A stretch of DNA of 64,000 bases from an archaeon. Lineage in GTDB: Archaea > Nanobdellota > Nanobdellia > CSSed11-243R1. The position numbers and the translations under genes were made by a program. Shown here piece by piece: positions 1 to 10,198 of this stretch (its first letter is position 1; each line of letters starts with the position of its first letter). The notes under the pieces are model-generated. The model was given only the letters and a program-made list of their open reading frames with translations. It made no database searches and was not told where the DNA came from. The DNA is taken from assembly GCA_024277205.1 (NCBI GenBank), contig JAJRVP010000013.1, positions 72,735 through 136,734 of the forward strand. Direction: 5' to 3'.

Positions 1-666
1 CCCTATTAATTTTTTCAAAGCTTCTGATGTTTTTCCTTTTGTAATCGCTTCAAGATATTTCCCAAGCAAGATAAATACTATGATAAATGCTGCAATCTCA
101 AAATAGATGTGTTGGAGTGAATATTTTTCTATTCCAAATAAAATGCTTACTAAAACATATATGCTGTAAAAATAAGCTGCAGAAGTTCCGATAAAGATTA
201 GGGAATCCATGTTGGGGATTTTTTTAACTAATGCTCTTGCACCAGAAATATAAATCTCAGAAGCAGCTAAGATGATTGGTGTTGCTAATAAAAATTGCAT
301 AATTGCTTGTAAAGGAACATTTTCAATAAAAGGTATGGGTAGTCCAATCATCCAGCCCATGGATATGTAAAGCAATGGTATGCCAAATATTAATGAGATT
401 ATTAATCTTTTCTTTAAGTTTTGAATTATCTTTTGTTTAGCATCTAAATTATTCTCACTTGTTGATTTGTATCCCATCTCAAGAATTATTTCTTGTATCT
501 TGTTGAGAGAGATTTTTTCTGGATTATAAACGATTTGTGCTTTTTCGGATGCAAAATTTACATTAACATCAACTATGCCTTTTGTTTTTTTAAGAACATT
601 TTCTATGTTGACCGCACAACTAACACAATGCATTCCGGATATATTCAATATCACTCTTTTTTCCAT
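1..666 (-). CDS. copA: Heavy-metal (Cu+) P1B-type ATPase, N-terminal part (runs off the window start)
   Basis: Not in the ORF track. Manual translation from ATG at 666: MEKRVILNISGMHCVSCAVNIENVLKKQKGIVDVNVNFASEKA (HMA domain GMxCxxC), then TM segments including PNMDSLIFIGTSAAY and YFEIAAFIIVFILLGKYLE typical of CopA. Confidence 0.92.
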   Translation of the reverse strand, partial: MEKRVILNISGMHCVSCAVNIENVLKKTKGIVDVNVNFASEKAQIVYNPEKISLNKIQEIILEMGYKSTSENNLDAKQKIIQNLKKRLIISLIFGIPLLYISMGWMIGLPIPFIENVPLQAIMQFLLATPIILAASEIYISGARALVKKIPNMDSLIFIGTSAAYFYSIYVLVSILFGIEKYSLQHIYFEIAAFIIVFILLGKYLEAITKGKTSEALKKLIG

Positions 667-667
667 C

Positions 668-871
668 TTAATGACAACATCCTCCTCCCTTTTTAATTTT
701 TTTAGTTTCTCTTTTAAATAAATCTAAATGATTTTCACAACAAAAATATTTTGAAACTAAGTTTCCATATAGAGATACCTCTTTTTTTATATAATCCTCT
801 CCTTTTATGATTTGTCCGCAATAGGCACATCTTTTTTTAAAAAAGTTTAATATCATCCTATCACCTCCCAT
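668..871 (-). CDS. Small TRASH/YHS-like metal-binding protein
   Basis: CAYCG...KYFCCENH motif and C-terminal GGGCCH; directly upstream of copA. Confidence 0.7.
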   Translation of the reverse strand: MGGDRMILNFFKKRCAYCGQIIKGEDYIKKEVSLYGNLVSKYFCCENHLDLFKRETKKIKKGGGCCH

Positions 872-1296
872 TCAAAAATTCTTTTTTCAACTTTTGGAAT
901 ACCCAATATAACTATCCTAAAAGAGTCCAGTTCGTTATCCATTACTTCAAAGATTAATGTTCCACTAATGTGGTGGCCCATTAAGTTTGGGGCAGAATAA
1001 GGCATCAATTGTTTACCCTCATATTCTAACATTGTTATTTCTTTTAAATTAAATCGACTTAAATCAACAGAATGTGTATTCATAACTATCTCCACCTCTA
1101 GTTTACCTAAACTAATCTTCTTAGGAGTTAATTCTATCTGAACTCCACCATTACTAGTGCTTCCAGTGGATACTGTATTCAATTTCAAAATAGTATCACT
1201 TTCATTTTTAAGAGTGGAATTGTAATATAAAAAAATTCCAAAAGACAACCCAATTATTAACAAGATGAAACCAAAAACATAATACTTATTTTTCAT
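853..1296 (-). CDS. Membrane-anchored hypothetical protein with His motifs (copper cluster)
   Basis: N-terminal TM helix; MNTHSVDL and MGHH motifs; overlaps neighbouring genes as in an operon. Confidence 0.65.
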   Translation of the reverse strand: MKNKYYVFGFILLIIGLSFGIFLYYNSTLKNESDTILKLNTVSTGSTSNGGVQIELTPKKISLGKLEVEIVMNTHSVDLSRFNLKEITMLEYEGKQLMPYSAPNLMGHHISGTLIFEVMDNELDSFRIVILGIPKVEKRIFEWEVIG

Positions 1297-1744
1297 TATG
1301 CCACCCCCTGTTGAATTTATGTTTTATGAAAAGGAATAAGCTGATTAAAACAAGAGATCCCCCAATTATCCAAAAAAAGAGAGAAAACTTCTGAAGAGAA
1401 GGAAAAGGAATCCCTATTGTGACTAAACCAAAGTTTAGTAATAACAGTTTCTGAGATACACATCTTTTAACATAATATATCACTGATGTAATTGCTAATA
1501 AACTAACTGCAATTCCCCATAAGGGTATGCTTATCTTTGTGAGGAATTCTAGAGGCATACCAATAATAGTTATGCCGAATATGCTTAATAATGCGATTAA
1601 GCCAATGCAGACATTATGGCAAATCTGCCAAGAGCCCAATACACTTGCAGTTCCTGAAATGCTTCCAGTTATACTAATTATTTTTTCTTTAGTTGTTTTC
1701 ATAATTTTACCTATGTTACTTATTGAGATATTTTTTCTCCACAC
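1286..1744 (-). CDS. Four-TM membrane protein with CHNVC motif (MerC-like metal transporter candidate)
   Basis: Hydrophobic helices with CxxxC in the first TM; metal-resistance context. Confidence 0.55.
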   Translation of the reverse strand: MWRKNISISNIGKIMKTTKEKIISITGSISGTASVLGSWQICHNVCIGLIALLSIFGITIIGMPLEFLTKISIPLWGIAVSLLAITSVIYYVKRCVSQKLLLLNFGLVTIGIPFPSLQKFSLFFWIIGGSLVLISLFLFIKHKFNRGWHNEK

Positions 1745-2226
1745 ACATCACTATTACACTCACAATTTCCTTCACAAGGGAGGTAATCATTTTCTTCTGT
1801 GCATAATACATCTCCCCCACAAGCACAGCCATTTTCTACACAATGATTAGATCCGCAACTAATATCTGAATTGAAAGGCGCAAATATACAAAAGTCTTGG
1901 CTATGTGGTCCATTGCAGTTACCATAAACAGCATAATTGTAGATTCCATGCCCCACTAACAATAAACTTATGATTAGTGAGATAGTAAATGCCCAAGAGA
2001 TTAATTCAAAATATTTGTAGGTAATTTTTGCTAATTTTGGTAACCCCATTAACTTGGAAACTATATGTGTTTTCATCTTTTGGTCAAATCCGGTTTGGCA
2101 AGGACGAAGAGTTATTCTTCTAAAAACACAATCAAATGCTTCTTTAGCAATTTGTCTATGCGAAACGCTGAATATTCCCAAAATTCCAAAAACAATCAAA
2201 CCAAGTAAACATATCACACAGATCAC
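1720..2226 (-). CDS. Cys-rich membrane protein
   Basis: Begins MICVIC; two TM segments; many Cys in the C-terminal half. Start codon is GTG. Confidence 0.65.
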   Translation of the reverse strand: MICVICLLGLIVFGILGIFSVSHRQIAKEAFDCVFRRITLRPCQTGFDQKMKTHIVSKLMGLPKLAKITYKYFELISWAFTISLIISLLLVGHGIYNYAVYGNCNGPHSQDFCIFAPFNSDISCGSNHCVENGCACGGDVLCTEENDYLPCEGNCECNSDVCGEKISQ

Positions 2227-2251
2227 CTAAAAAATAAAAAATAAAAAAAGA

Positions 2252-2851
2252 TTAACAACCCCCAACCATTGTTGGCAATCCTACTGCATTTGGGTCAATG
2301 TTCCTATTTTGAAGTTCTTCTTGAAGTGCTGGTTGTGGGAAAAATAAAATTCTCCAATTTTTAATCTCTTGTAGTATTTGTTCTTCACTATAATCTGTGT
2401 TCTGAATAAGCCATTTTGTTAATCCTTGCAGTGCTATGTTATGTGAACAACCACAATTTTGGTCTAATGTTGTTGAGCCACAACAATATCCACATGATGT
2501 TCCAGGTACACTTGCTATTTTGTCGTATGTTGATTGTTCTTCTGGTGATAGTGAAATTGTTGCATATCCAGTCAAAGTTCTTAATCCCGCTTCTACATTG
2601 TCATAGCTTACACCAGCTTTTGCTCCGTAATCTGGCGTGCCTTTTGGTGTAATCTCATTTATTATTTGCTGTAGTTCATTTGTGTTACTTACATCATTAC
2701 TACTTTCTGAAACAATAGCATTTGCTGTTTTAGTGTTTACACCACTCGCTGATATCAAAGATAGCTGATAGCTTTGAAATGCTGTTAATGCCAATACTAC
2801 TGCTAACATCCCAACTATTAATTTGGTATTTATGTTCATTTCTTTAACCAT
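2252..2851 (-). CDS. Secreted or membrane-anchored Cys-motif protein (CGYCCG...CGCSH)
   Basis: Signal-like N-terminus, Cys/His cluster, C-terminal GGC; GGAGGT SD upstream. Confidence 0.7.
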   Translation of the reverse strand: MVKEMNINTKLIVGMLAVVLALTAFQSYQLSLISASGVNTKTANAIVSESSNDVSNTNELQQIINEITPKGTPDYGAKAGVSYDNVEAGLRTLTGYATISLSPEEQSTYDKIASVPGTSCGYCCGSTTLDQNCGCSHNIALQGLTKWLIQNTDYSEEQILQEIKNWRILFFPQPALQEELQNRNIDPNAVGLPTMVGGC

Positions 2852-2918
2852 TTTAATACCTCCATTGTAAAAGAAAAAGTGTTTGAAACATCTAATAAGA
2901 ATTAGTATGAAACTAGTT

Positions 2919-3464
2919 TCATTGCTGTTTTAGTATGATCATATTTGCCATACCTCTGCGTCTTTTTTCAATTAAACCCCTTCCCTCTAATTTGTCTAAA
3001 ATTCTACTAACTTTTACTTTTGAAAATCCAAGTTTTTCAACTAATTCGCTTTGGAATACAGCACCACCAGAGCTTTGAATAGAGTCATAAACCTTTTTTT
3101 CATCTTCTTTTAATGATTTAGTTATCTCTCTAATTTTTTTGCTTATTCCTTTCTCTTGGGTTTTTGATGGATTGATTATTAAAAAGACACCCATGGCTGC
3201 CAAAATAAAAGTTGTGCTAAATCCAACATAACTTTGCAGAGGAATATTTTTTGCATGCGGACAATCTTCTTCCATATTTACTCCACACAATTCTTCACAT
3301 TTTGTATTCGCTATATCCATTAAATTTTGAGTAAATGAGAACATTGTAACAAAAAGCACGGCAGAAATGATTACCAAAATAATTCCTGGCATTCTCTTAG
3401 AAACATCCATTTTTTCCATCTTTATCATAGTAATCTTGTTCAAATTTAAATGTTTCTTTTCCAT
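2919..3464 (-). CDS. Membrane-anchored winged-helix (MarR-like) regulator
   Basis: Two TM helices flank a Cys/His loop (CEELC...CPH); C-terminal wHTH FQSELVEKLGFSKVKVSRILDKLEGRGLIEKRRRG. True start is probably downstream of 3464. Confidence 0.75.
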   Translation of the reverse strand: MEKKHLNLNKITMIKMEKMDVSKRMPGIILVIISAVLFVTMFSFTQNLMDIANTKCEELCGVNMEEDCPHAKNIPLQSYVGFSTTFILAAMGVFLIINPSKTQEKGISKKIREITKSLKEDEKKVYDSIQSSGGAVFQSELVEKLGFSKVKVSRILDKLEGRGLIEKRRRGMANMIILKQQ

Positions 3465-3498
3465 AAAGAATTTATATCATTGCTTCTTGATTGGTTTT

Positions 3499-4401
3499 AT
3501 GATTACTTATTTTAAGAGAACAATTAAAGAAAAAGAGATGCACAAATTAGAAAAATTTAGCGTTGGCTCTTGGATTAATGTAGTTAATCCCACAAAAGAA
3601 GAAATTGATCTTCTTGTAAGAGAATTTGGATTAGACAAACAAAATTTGCTTGCAGGATTAGACCAAAATGAAACTCCAAGAATCGATATTGTAAATAAAG
3701 ATGTGTACTTATTTGTCAAAGGATTAGCACCAACAAAAGAATTAACCACTTTTCTTATTATCATCTCAAAAAATTTTATTTTAACCCTATCAAAAGAAAA
3801 TATTGATGTTATTGATAGTATTCTATGTGGGAAAATTGAGTTTCATACTACCCAAAAACTAAAGAGTTTGATTCAAATACTTTCTCAATTAAACAAAGGA
3901 TTTGAACGTGCAACACTTGGAATTGTAAAAGCGGTTCGCTCAAGAAGAAAAAAAATAAATGAATTAAGCGAAAAAGATGTCAATCTCCTTCTTGAATATG
4001 AAGAAATACTAAATAGTTTTGTGTACTACTATTATCATATCTTGATTCTTTATAATAGAATGCTTAAAAGAATAAAATTTTATGAAGAAGACAGAGAGAT
4101 TATCGAGGATTTAATAATTGAAGCTAATGAAGGATTTAACTTGTGTAAATCTTCACTAAAGACGATTTCTAACATTCGTGACCATTATATGATTTTGCTT
4201 TCAAATAAACTAAATAGAATTCTTACAATTTTAACTCTTGTTACAATTTTTATAAGTATTCCTGCTGCAATTTCAGGAATTTATGGTATGAATGTGAAAT
4301 TACCATTTCAAGAAAACCCATTGGCATTTGTTTATATATTAGTGATGATAATTATTATTTGGGTTTTGTTTTATGTATACCTTAAAAAGAAAATGTTTTA
4401 G
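3499..4401 (+). CDS. corA: CorA family Mg2+/Co2+ transporter
   Basis: YGMN signature in the C-terminal TM pair; WINVVNP N-terminal motif; start set at ATG 3499 (MITYFKR). Confidence 0.9.
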   Translation: MITYFKRTIKEKEMHKLEKFSVGSWINVVNPTKEEIDLLVREFGLDKQNLLAGLDQNETPRIDIVNKDVYLFVKGLAPTKELTTFLIIISKNFILTLSKENIDVIDSILCGKIEFHTTQKLKSLIQILSQLNKGFERATLGIVKAVRSRRKKINELSEKDVNLLLEYEEILNSFVYYYYHILILYNRMLKRIKFYEEDREIIEDLIIEANEGFNLCKSSLKTISNIRDHYMILLSNKLNRILTILTLVTIFISIPAAISGIYGMNVKLPFQENPLAFVYILVMIIIIWVLFYVYLKKKMF

Positions 4402-4412
4402 GGGGTGGAACA

Positions 4413-4793
4413 ATGGGAGAATGTGATGGATATGATTCAGTAGATTTTTCTTGCTGCAGTGGAGAAGAAAAATTGATAAAGATGGTGTATACTGGAAATG
4501 GTTATTTCAAACCTGGTGAAAGAGAGGAGATATATAGAATTTTGGGAAATGTTTTAGACATAAGAGAAAGACGCGCATCTGGATTTTGGGTTTCTGTAAT
4601 TGGTGTAATGAAAATGCCAACTGATAGAGGAATTGTTAAAATTTTACAAGATTTAGAAGGAGCTGGAAATCTATATAGTCTACGGATTAATCCATTTGGG
4701 TATACACCACAAGAACAAAAAACCCTATTTAGCAAATACTTGGGTGAAAATATTCCAGAAGGAATCGAAACCGAGATAGTATTCCAAGGCTAA
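4413..4793 (+). CDS. Hypothetical protein
   Basis: 126-aa ORF with GGGGTGG SD-like sequence, co-oriented with corA. Confidence 0.55.
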   Translation: MGECDGYDSVDFSCCSGEEKLIKMVYTGNGYFKPGEREEIYRILGNVLDIRERRASGFWVSVIGVMKMPTDRGIVKILQDLEGAGNLYSLRINPFGYTPQEQKTLFSKYLGENIPEGIETEIVFQG

Positions 4794-5047
4794 ATTTTTA
4801 TTTCACATTTTTTTCCTATTACTTGTCCTGGAAGTCCTTTACTAAACTTTGCTCTCATAATCCCTTTTGTTCCGTGGGTTGCAACTATTTTACCTACAAA
4901 TTTTTTCTTTTTAGAAACAGCAACAACTATTTTTTTGCCTAATAAATTGTGTGCCTTTACATATCCAATCCCATCTGCTTTTATTAAGATTTGATTTGGA
5001 TATTGCTTATGTCTACTTCTTCTATAACTTGTTATGATTGCTTCCAT
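4790..5047 (-). CDS. rpl35ae: 50S ribosomal protein L35Ae
   Basis: MEAIITSYRRSRHKQYPNQILIK...GKIVATHGTKGIMRAKFSKGLPGQ. Confidence 0.92.
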   Translation of the reverse strand: MEAIITSYRRSRHKQYPNQILIKADGIGYVKAHNLLGKKIVVAVSKKKKFVGKIVATHGTKGIMRAKFSKGLPGQVIGKKCEIKI

Positions 5048-5080
5048 AGGAATATCCAACAAAAAAGGGGTTTTTAAAGA

Positions 5081-5518
5081 TTATGCTTCACATAACTTAT
5101 CTTTATTTGTGTTTGTCCAATATTCAAGTTCCAACATCTGTTTAAACTCCTCACTAAGAACTATTGCTCTTTCAGTCTCATCTGTAGTTACTTCCAATAT
5201 ACTCAACTCTGGTAAATTACTTTTTTCAAAGAAGCCAATTGGATCTTCTGGCATTTTGTAGTTAGCATACTTTCCAAAATCTTCATCAAAATAAGAAGAA
5301 AGATAGGATTCTCCAAAACCATTGTGCCTTACAGAGTAAATGGCGCTTCCCATGTTCATTAAGAATTCTATCTCTTCCTGAAGCAATTTATCAGGAGGTA
5401 ATCCTTTCTTCTTTAAGAATGAATTTACATCATTTTCAAATTCTTGCCTTCGCTCTGCTAATGGTTTTATATACCAATAACTTATCCATCTTTGTTTTAA
5501 AGATTCAAAGGATATCAT
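5081..5518 (-). CDS. Hypothetical protein
   Basis: 145-aa ORF, start overlaps the stop of the upstream gene (ATGA); no recognised motif. Confidence 0.6.
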   Translation of the reverse strand: MISFESLKQRWISYWYIKPLAERRQEFENDVNSFLKKKGLPPDKLLQEEIEFLMNMGSAIYSVRHNGFGESYLSSYFDEDFGKYANYKMPEDPIGFFEKSNLPELSILEVTTDETERAIVLSEEFKQMLELEYWTNTNKDKLCEA

Positions 5519-6666
5519 CTCTGTCCAAGTTCTTTTCTTATTATCTCTTCTGCTTTTTCAAGAGGTTGTTCTCCCCTTTCAAGTTCAATGTCAGTTGGGC
5601 GTTTTACCTTTAACCCTTTCTTTTTGTTTTTTTCAACAGCTTCATAAAGGAAGGTTTCTCCTTTTTCTTTTCTGATTTTTTTAAGAATATCAGTCATCTT
5701 TTTGACAAAATCTTTTGTCATCTCAAGATGTTTGTCCCACTCTTTTCCAGTATATTCTTTTTTATCTTTGTGTTCTATGTCCTTATAATTTTTTACAATG
5801 GTTTCAGCAATCTTTGCATATTTTTCAGGAACAAGTTTTGTCTCTTTTACTAATTTTTCCATAACAAACTTTGGAACTTCGCTTGGGGTTGGTGGGCGGT
5901 ATCCTAACTCCATTAAAACTGCCTGAGCACTTGAAACAACTGCTTGTTCTAGATCATATGATAATTTTGTAAGCATTGTGTTCTGTGCAAGCTTTAATAA
6001 TTCTGTTGCAACAAAAATGTGTTTGTCTATTGCTTCTTTGCTTGGTTTTATATTCCCCATCTTCATTAACATTTGAACTGGTAAGAAAAACCCAGTATCA
6101 TATAATATTATTCCATCTCTCAAAACATTGTAAAGAACAGGATTTCCTTCAAGAACATATTGCCAAAATTCAGTTAGTAAATAGGGTTGAGGATGGATTT
6201 TTTTTGAGATAGGGTATCCCATTTCAAGCAATCTTTGGAATAACTTGTCTTTTAATTCTGCCCTAGTCATTCTCCTTACATCCGTATCATCAACAATTAT
6301 GGCAATGTCAATATCATGGGTTTTCTTTTTCTTTGCAACAGTAACTTTTGTTTTTGTGCTCCCCCACAACACAACAGATTTAATATACTTTCCAAATTTT
6401 CCAACAACAGCAGTAACATATTGTTCAACTGCTTTTGCATCCTTTTTTTCAAGATATTGTTCTAATATTTTAATCATTGGAGTTTCGCCTGGGGATGCTT
6501 GAAGCATTAATTTTTCAGCAAACTTTTCAGCCTCTTTTTTTGGCATTCCTTTCTCTTTCATCAATTTTTCAACAATTTGTTTTTTAGCATTTTCAAAAGC
6601 CTGCTTTTGTTCTTTTGACATTTTTGGTTTGTTTTCTTTTTTTGCCTTTTTAACTTTTTTAACCAT
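5515..6666 (-). CDS. Pol-beta-type nucleotidyltransferase (MNT) fused to HEPN-like helical domain, copy 1
   Basis: SVVLWGS...HDIDIAIIVDD catalytic motif; C-terminal helical domain; GGTGA SD before ATG 6666. Confidence 0.82.
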   Translation of the reverse strand: MVKKVKKAKKENKPKMSKEQKQAFENAKKQIVEKLMKEKGMPKKEAEKFAEKLMLQASPGETPMIKILEQYLEKKDAKAVEQYVTAVVGKFGKYIKSVVLWGSTKTKVTVAKKKKTHDIDIAIIVDDTDVRRMTRAELKDKLFQRLLEMGYPISKKIHPQPYLLTEFWQYVLEGNPVLYNVLRDGIILYDTGFFLPVQMLMKMGNIKPSKEAIDKHIFVATELLKLAQNTMLTKLSYDLEQAVVSSAQAVLMELGYRPPTPSEVPKFVMEKLVKETKLVPEKYAKIAETIVKNYKDIEHKDKKEYTGKEWDKHLEMTKDFVKKMTDILKKIRKEKGETFLYEAVEKNKKKGLKVKRPTDIELERGEQPLEKAEEIIRKELGQR

Positions 6667-6825
6667 TTTTTCACCATTTCTACTGAATTTAAAAAACACA
6701 GTATTTATAAACTTTGAATCAACAACTCTTTATATATCTTTTGGTATTTACTACTACACAGAAGTAACAAATAGAAAGATTTATAAACAATAAAATACAG
6801 TATATTACTGTGAGGTGATAATATT

Positions 6826-7677
6826 ATGAAACAAAACGGGTTTGAAAATAGCAAACCTTTTTTAGAAGCACTCCAAAAAGGAGGAAATCTAGAACAAAGA
6901 ATAGAACAATTTGAAAAAGGTAGTCCTGAAGAAAAAGTAGAAGCTACACAATTCTTACAGAATTACTTAACTACACTGTCTAATGCTTATACTGGATTGA
7001 ACATACCTGTTTCAGCAGATAACCCTGAAGCCCTTGTGAAATCAGCTAAAAAATTGCTTGGAACAATATATGGAAAGAAGTTATTTAGACAATTTCCTTC
7101 ATTTGTTGAAGATTCTATTAAAAATTTACATCCTGCAATTAGTTATGGTTACGTGCTTCCAGAACTTGAGAAATTAGCTGAAAAAGTTGGAGCAGATAGT
7201 TTTGATGGACAAGAATATATTGAAACCAGAAATCTAATTAAAAAAGCATCAAAAGGAGAATTAGAGGAACAACTTGCATACGATGCTGCTAAAAAAACAA
7301 TTTTGGAGCACATCACTCAATATGCTAAAAATGAGAAAGACGAGGAACTTTTAAAAGATGCAGAAGAATTAGCAGACATTGTTGCAGAATTATGGACAGA
7401 AACAAGAGCAACCACAGAAGGTAAAATTTTCTATACAACATTAATCTATAATGAAAAAGTGAAACCACAGATTGAGGAGAACACAGATAAAATACCAGAA
7501 TATGCAAGACAGATAAGTACAACAGCATTAGCAAATGGTTATGCATCCAAACCAGAAGGATTTGATACATTAAAAGAAACAACACAAGATCTGTTGCGGG
7601 CAACAGAATACACAGAGCTCATTAAAAAAATAGGACCTGCAGGGGTATACTTGAGAGACGAATTAGCAACAGCTTAG
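6826..7677 (+). CDS. Hypothetical helical acidic protein
   Basis: 283-aa ORF with upstream TTTATAAA and GAGGTGA SD. Confidence 0.7.
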   Translation: MKQNGFENSKPFLEALQKGGNLEQRIEQFEKGSPEEKVEATQFLQNYLTTLSNAYTGLNIPVSADNPEALVKSAKKLLGTIYGKKLFRQFPSFVEDSIKNLHPAISYGYVLPELEKLAEKVGADSFDGQEYIETRNLIKKASKGELEEQLAYDAAKKTILEHITQYAKNEKDEELLKDAEELADIVAELWTETRATTEGKIFYTTLIYNEKVKPQIEENTDKIPEYARQISTTALANGYASKPEGFDTLKETTQDLLRATEYTELIKKIGPAGVYLRDELATA

Positions 7678-8495
7678 GCTTTTTCTTTTTTTTCTACTAA
7701 TGCTTTCATTTTTCCTTCAAATTCTTCTGCCATTTGTCTATATCTATCAAAATCAGCACCACTTCCTCTTAAAATTTCTCCATGAACAATTGCTTTTGCA
7801 GTTTTCCAAATCTCCCTGTAATAATTAACATACTTTTTGTGTAATAGTTTTTTTGAAACAAAAGCATCCATAAGCATTTTTTCAATGTGTTCTGGAGATG
7901 GGGGGACTTGTCCATATGCCATTAATGCTGCATGCGCAGAATCAATCATTACCCAATACAAATCTGTAATTCCTGCAAGAATTCTTGAATTGGCTCTTGT
8001 TAAATGCCATGGTGAGCGAGTTAATGCATTATAAATGGCTTCCTTGCTTGGGCGAATTCTTCCTGCTGCAAGCAAAAACTGCAAAGGTTCAAAATAGCCA
8101 GTATCTATCAAAGGCACACCATATCTAAGAACATTAATTGCAACAGGTTCTCCAATGAGAATGTTTTCCCAAAAAGTTGTGAGAGTGACTGAGGTAACAT
8201 GAAGTCTTGGGTCACTTTTCCTAATTAAATTTGCAAGTTCGAGATTATACCAATCAATAAATTTTCTTGTTGGCGATATTGAGGTATCATCCACAATTAT
8301 GAGGATATCTATATCACTTCCTTTTGTAGGAACTGCTTTGGAAATAGAACCAAAAAGCACAACAGATTTGATAATTCCAGGAAAAGTTTCAAATACTTTC
8401 TTGGCAAAATTATATGAGATTTTATATGCTTCGCCAATCATTTCCTCTTTTTCTTTGTGAGTTAATTTTCGTTTAGGTAATCTTTCCATTTTCAC
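7674..8495 (-). CDS. Pol-beta-type nucleotidyltransferase (MNT) fused to HEPN-like helical domain, copy 2
   Basis: SVVLFGS...SDIDILIIVDD; shares LTxFW, NVLRxG, DTGxFxP, GxIxPSKEAI and SAxAxLM blocks with copy 1. Confidence 0.85.
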   Translation of the reverse strand: MKMERLPKRKLTHKEKEEMIGEAYKISYNFAKKVFETFPGIIKSVVLFGSISKAVPTKGSDIDILIIVDDTSISPTRKFIDWYNLELANLIRKSDPRLHVTSVTLTTFWENILIGEPVAINVLRYGVPLIDTGYFEPLQFLLAAGRIRPSKEAIYNALTRSPWHLTRANSRILAGITDLYWVMIDSAHAALMAYGQVPPSPEHIEKMLMDAFVSKKLLHKKYVNYYREIWKTAKAIVHGEILRGSGADFDRYRQMAEEFEGKMKALVEKKEKA

Positions 8496-8528
8496 CTCAC
8501 CATTTTAAGATTTTATTAAGTTATATTT

Positions 8529-10187
8529 TTAACTCATTGGAGTACCTGAGAACTTTTGCCCAGGTTTTTGCCCACCAATTTGGGCACCAGTTGCATAAGG
8601 CAATCCTGAAAATCCAACCCCATAAGTTTGGAAATTGACATCTGGTAATATGGGTCCTGTTGTAAATGCATAACCTGCTTGGAAATAAGTTCCTTCTGCC
8701 ATTTCCCAACTTGGGCCCCCAGGAACTAAAGGTAATCCCATTTGATACATGGATTGTGCAACTCCAAATCCACCCCCACCATACTGAATTGCTCCAAAGG
8801 TTTCAAGAATTGCTCTTCCTTTCCAACCCCTTTTTCGTAGAGATTCAATAAATTCTTTTATTGGTGCATTTCCCCAGCCAACAGGCAAGTGAGCATCATA
8901 ATCTCCAAAATTATCTGTGATATGCACATGTTTGATATATGGAGATGCTTTTTCAACTTCCTTTAGCAATTCTTTATCTTTTTTACCATACCTTTTCCAA
9001 AGGTTTACATGTCCTATGTCCAAATTCATACCAATAAGCTGCTTTGCTTCTTGTTTTGCTCTTTCTCTTGAGAGCCCCTTTTCTCTTACAAGTCTTTGTG
9101 CTAATTCTTCTCTTACTTCTTTAATTGTTTCAGCAAGAACTTCTGGTTTGCTTAGTGCGTGTTCTGGATAGAAATTTTCAATTACAATCATTGGTTTTGT
9201 TGGCTTTTCATATGCTTCAAGCCCAAGTTCTACAAATGTTTTTTTTGCTTGTTTTTTAGCAAATTCATCTGTGGGTGCAAACATATTAAAATTCCCTTTG
9301 TCATCCTTATACCTCTTTCTCCAATCACTAATTATTTGCTTTGCTCTTTCTTCTTGATCTCTCATGGTTTGATATATTCTAATACTTTCTACTAAATCTC
9401 TTCTTCCAGAATGTAAGAGTTCTTTTACTACATTTTGTGGATTATTCCTAACTTGTTCAAGATTTATTCCTGCGTTTTTGAGTTGATTTTCATATATCCT
9501 TCTATAATGAGCTAAGCTTGCTTCTTCGTGCTTTAGACTTTTTAATCTGTCTGTATTTTCCATTTTTAATCTTCCTTGTGGGTATAGATAGAAATAACCT
9601 GGTTTTCCCTTAACAGGGGCATAATCTACCCCCCGCTTTAAATTGTATTTTTTAAAATAGTTTTCATCATATGTTACAATCTTTTTTTCAAAAGGGATTA
9701 TTTGTCCAGTTTCTTGATTTACAGTGTACATAACTTCTTGTGGCATTGGATTTCCTGGAACACCTTCAACAGAATGAATAACAACAGGAACATGTTTTTT
9801 ATTCATCCCTTTTCCAATTTGGTCTGCAAAATTTAATGTTTCTCTAAATTCTTGGATTGCCTTTATTCTTGCTGTATCACTTATTGTTTGTCCTTGTCCA
9901 CCAGCAGCACAAAAATGCGGTGCGTGAACAGAAAGATTTACTTTATTCATCTTAGCAAGCCTTATTAATTCATCTCTTTCTATCTTTCCAAGCTGTGCAA
10001 GATGTCCAGCTTGCTGAAAATTCATTTGTGTGCCTAAATTGATTTCTAAGTTTTGCATTCCCCAATTTATAGCAGTATTTGTTGTCATGAGTTGAGAACC
10101 CATAGGGCTAACACTAGCTCCAAGTCCATAGGAGCCAAAATCCAATGAGTTAAAATGTGCATATTCAAATCTTAGATTGTCATACAT
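8529..10187 (-). CDS. Large xylose-isomerase/endonuclease-IV-like TIM-barrel metalloprotein
   Basis: Metal-ligand motifs SVHAP, VVIH, IENF, LDIGH, HVHITDN, DAHLP and ILE, with a long helical insert. Confidence 0.8.
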   Translation of the reverse strand: MYDNLRFEYAHFNSLDFGSYGLGASVSPMGSQLMTTNTAINWGMQNLEINLGTQMNFQQAGHLAQLGKIERDELIRLAKMNKVNLSVHAPHFCAAGGQGQTISDTARIKAIQEFRETLNFADQIGKGMNKKHVPVVIHSVEGVPGNPMPQEVMYTVNQETGQIIPFEKKIVTYDENYFKKYNLKRGVDYAPVKGKPGYFYLYPQGRLKMENTDRLKSLKHEEASLAHYRRIYENQLKNAGINLEQVRNNPQNVVKELLHSGRRDLVESIRIYQTMRDQEERAKQIISDWRKRYKDDKGNFNMFAPTDEFAKKQAKKTFVELGLEAYEKPTKPMIVIENFYPEHALSKPEVLAETIKEVREELAQRLVREKGLSRERAKQEAKQLIGMNLDIGHVNLWKRYGKKDKELLKEVEKASPYIKHVHITDNFGDYDAHLPVGWGNAPIKEFIESLRKRGWKGRAILETFGAIQYGGGGFGVAQSMYQMGLPLVPGGPSWEMAEGTYFQAGYAFTTGPILPDVNFQTYGVGFSGLPYATGAQIGGQKPGQKFSGTPMS

Positions 10188-10198
10188 TTTTATTCACC

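Noticed and set aside
3367..3498. Extended N-terminus of CorA in the ORF track
   Set aside because: Overlaps the divergent regulator gene; ATG 3499 is the more plausible start.
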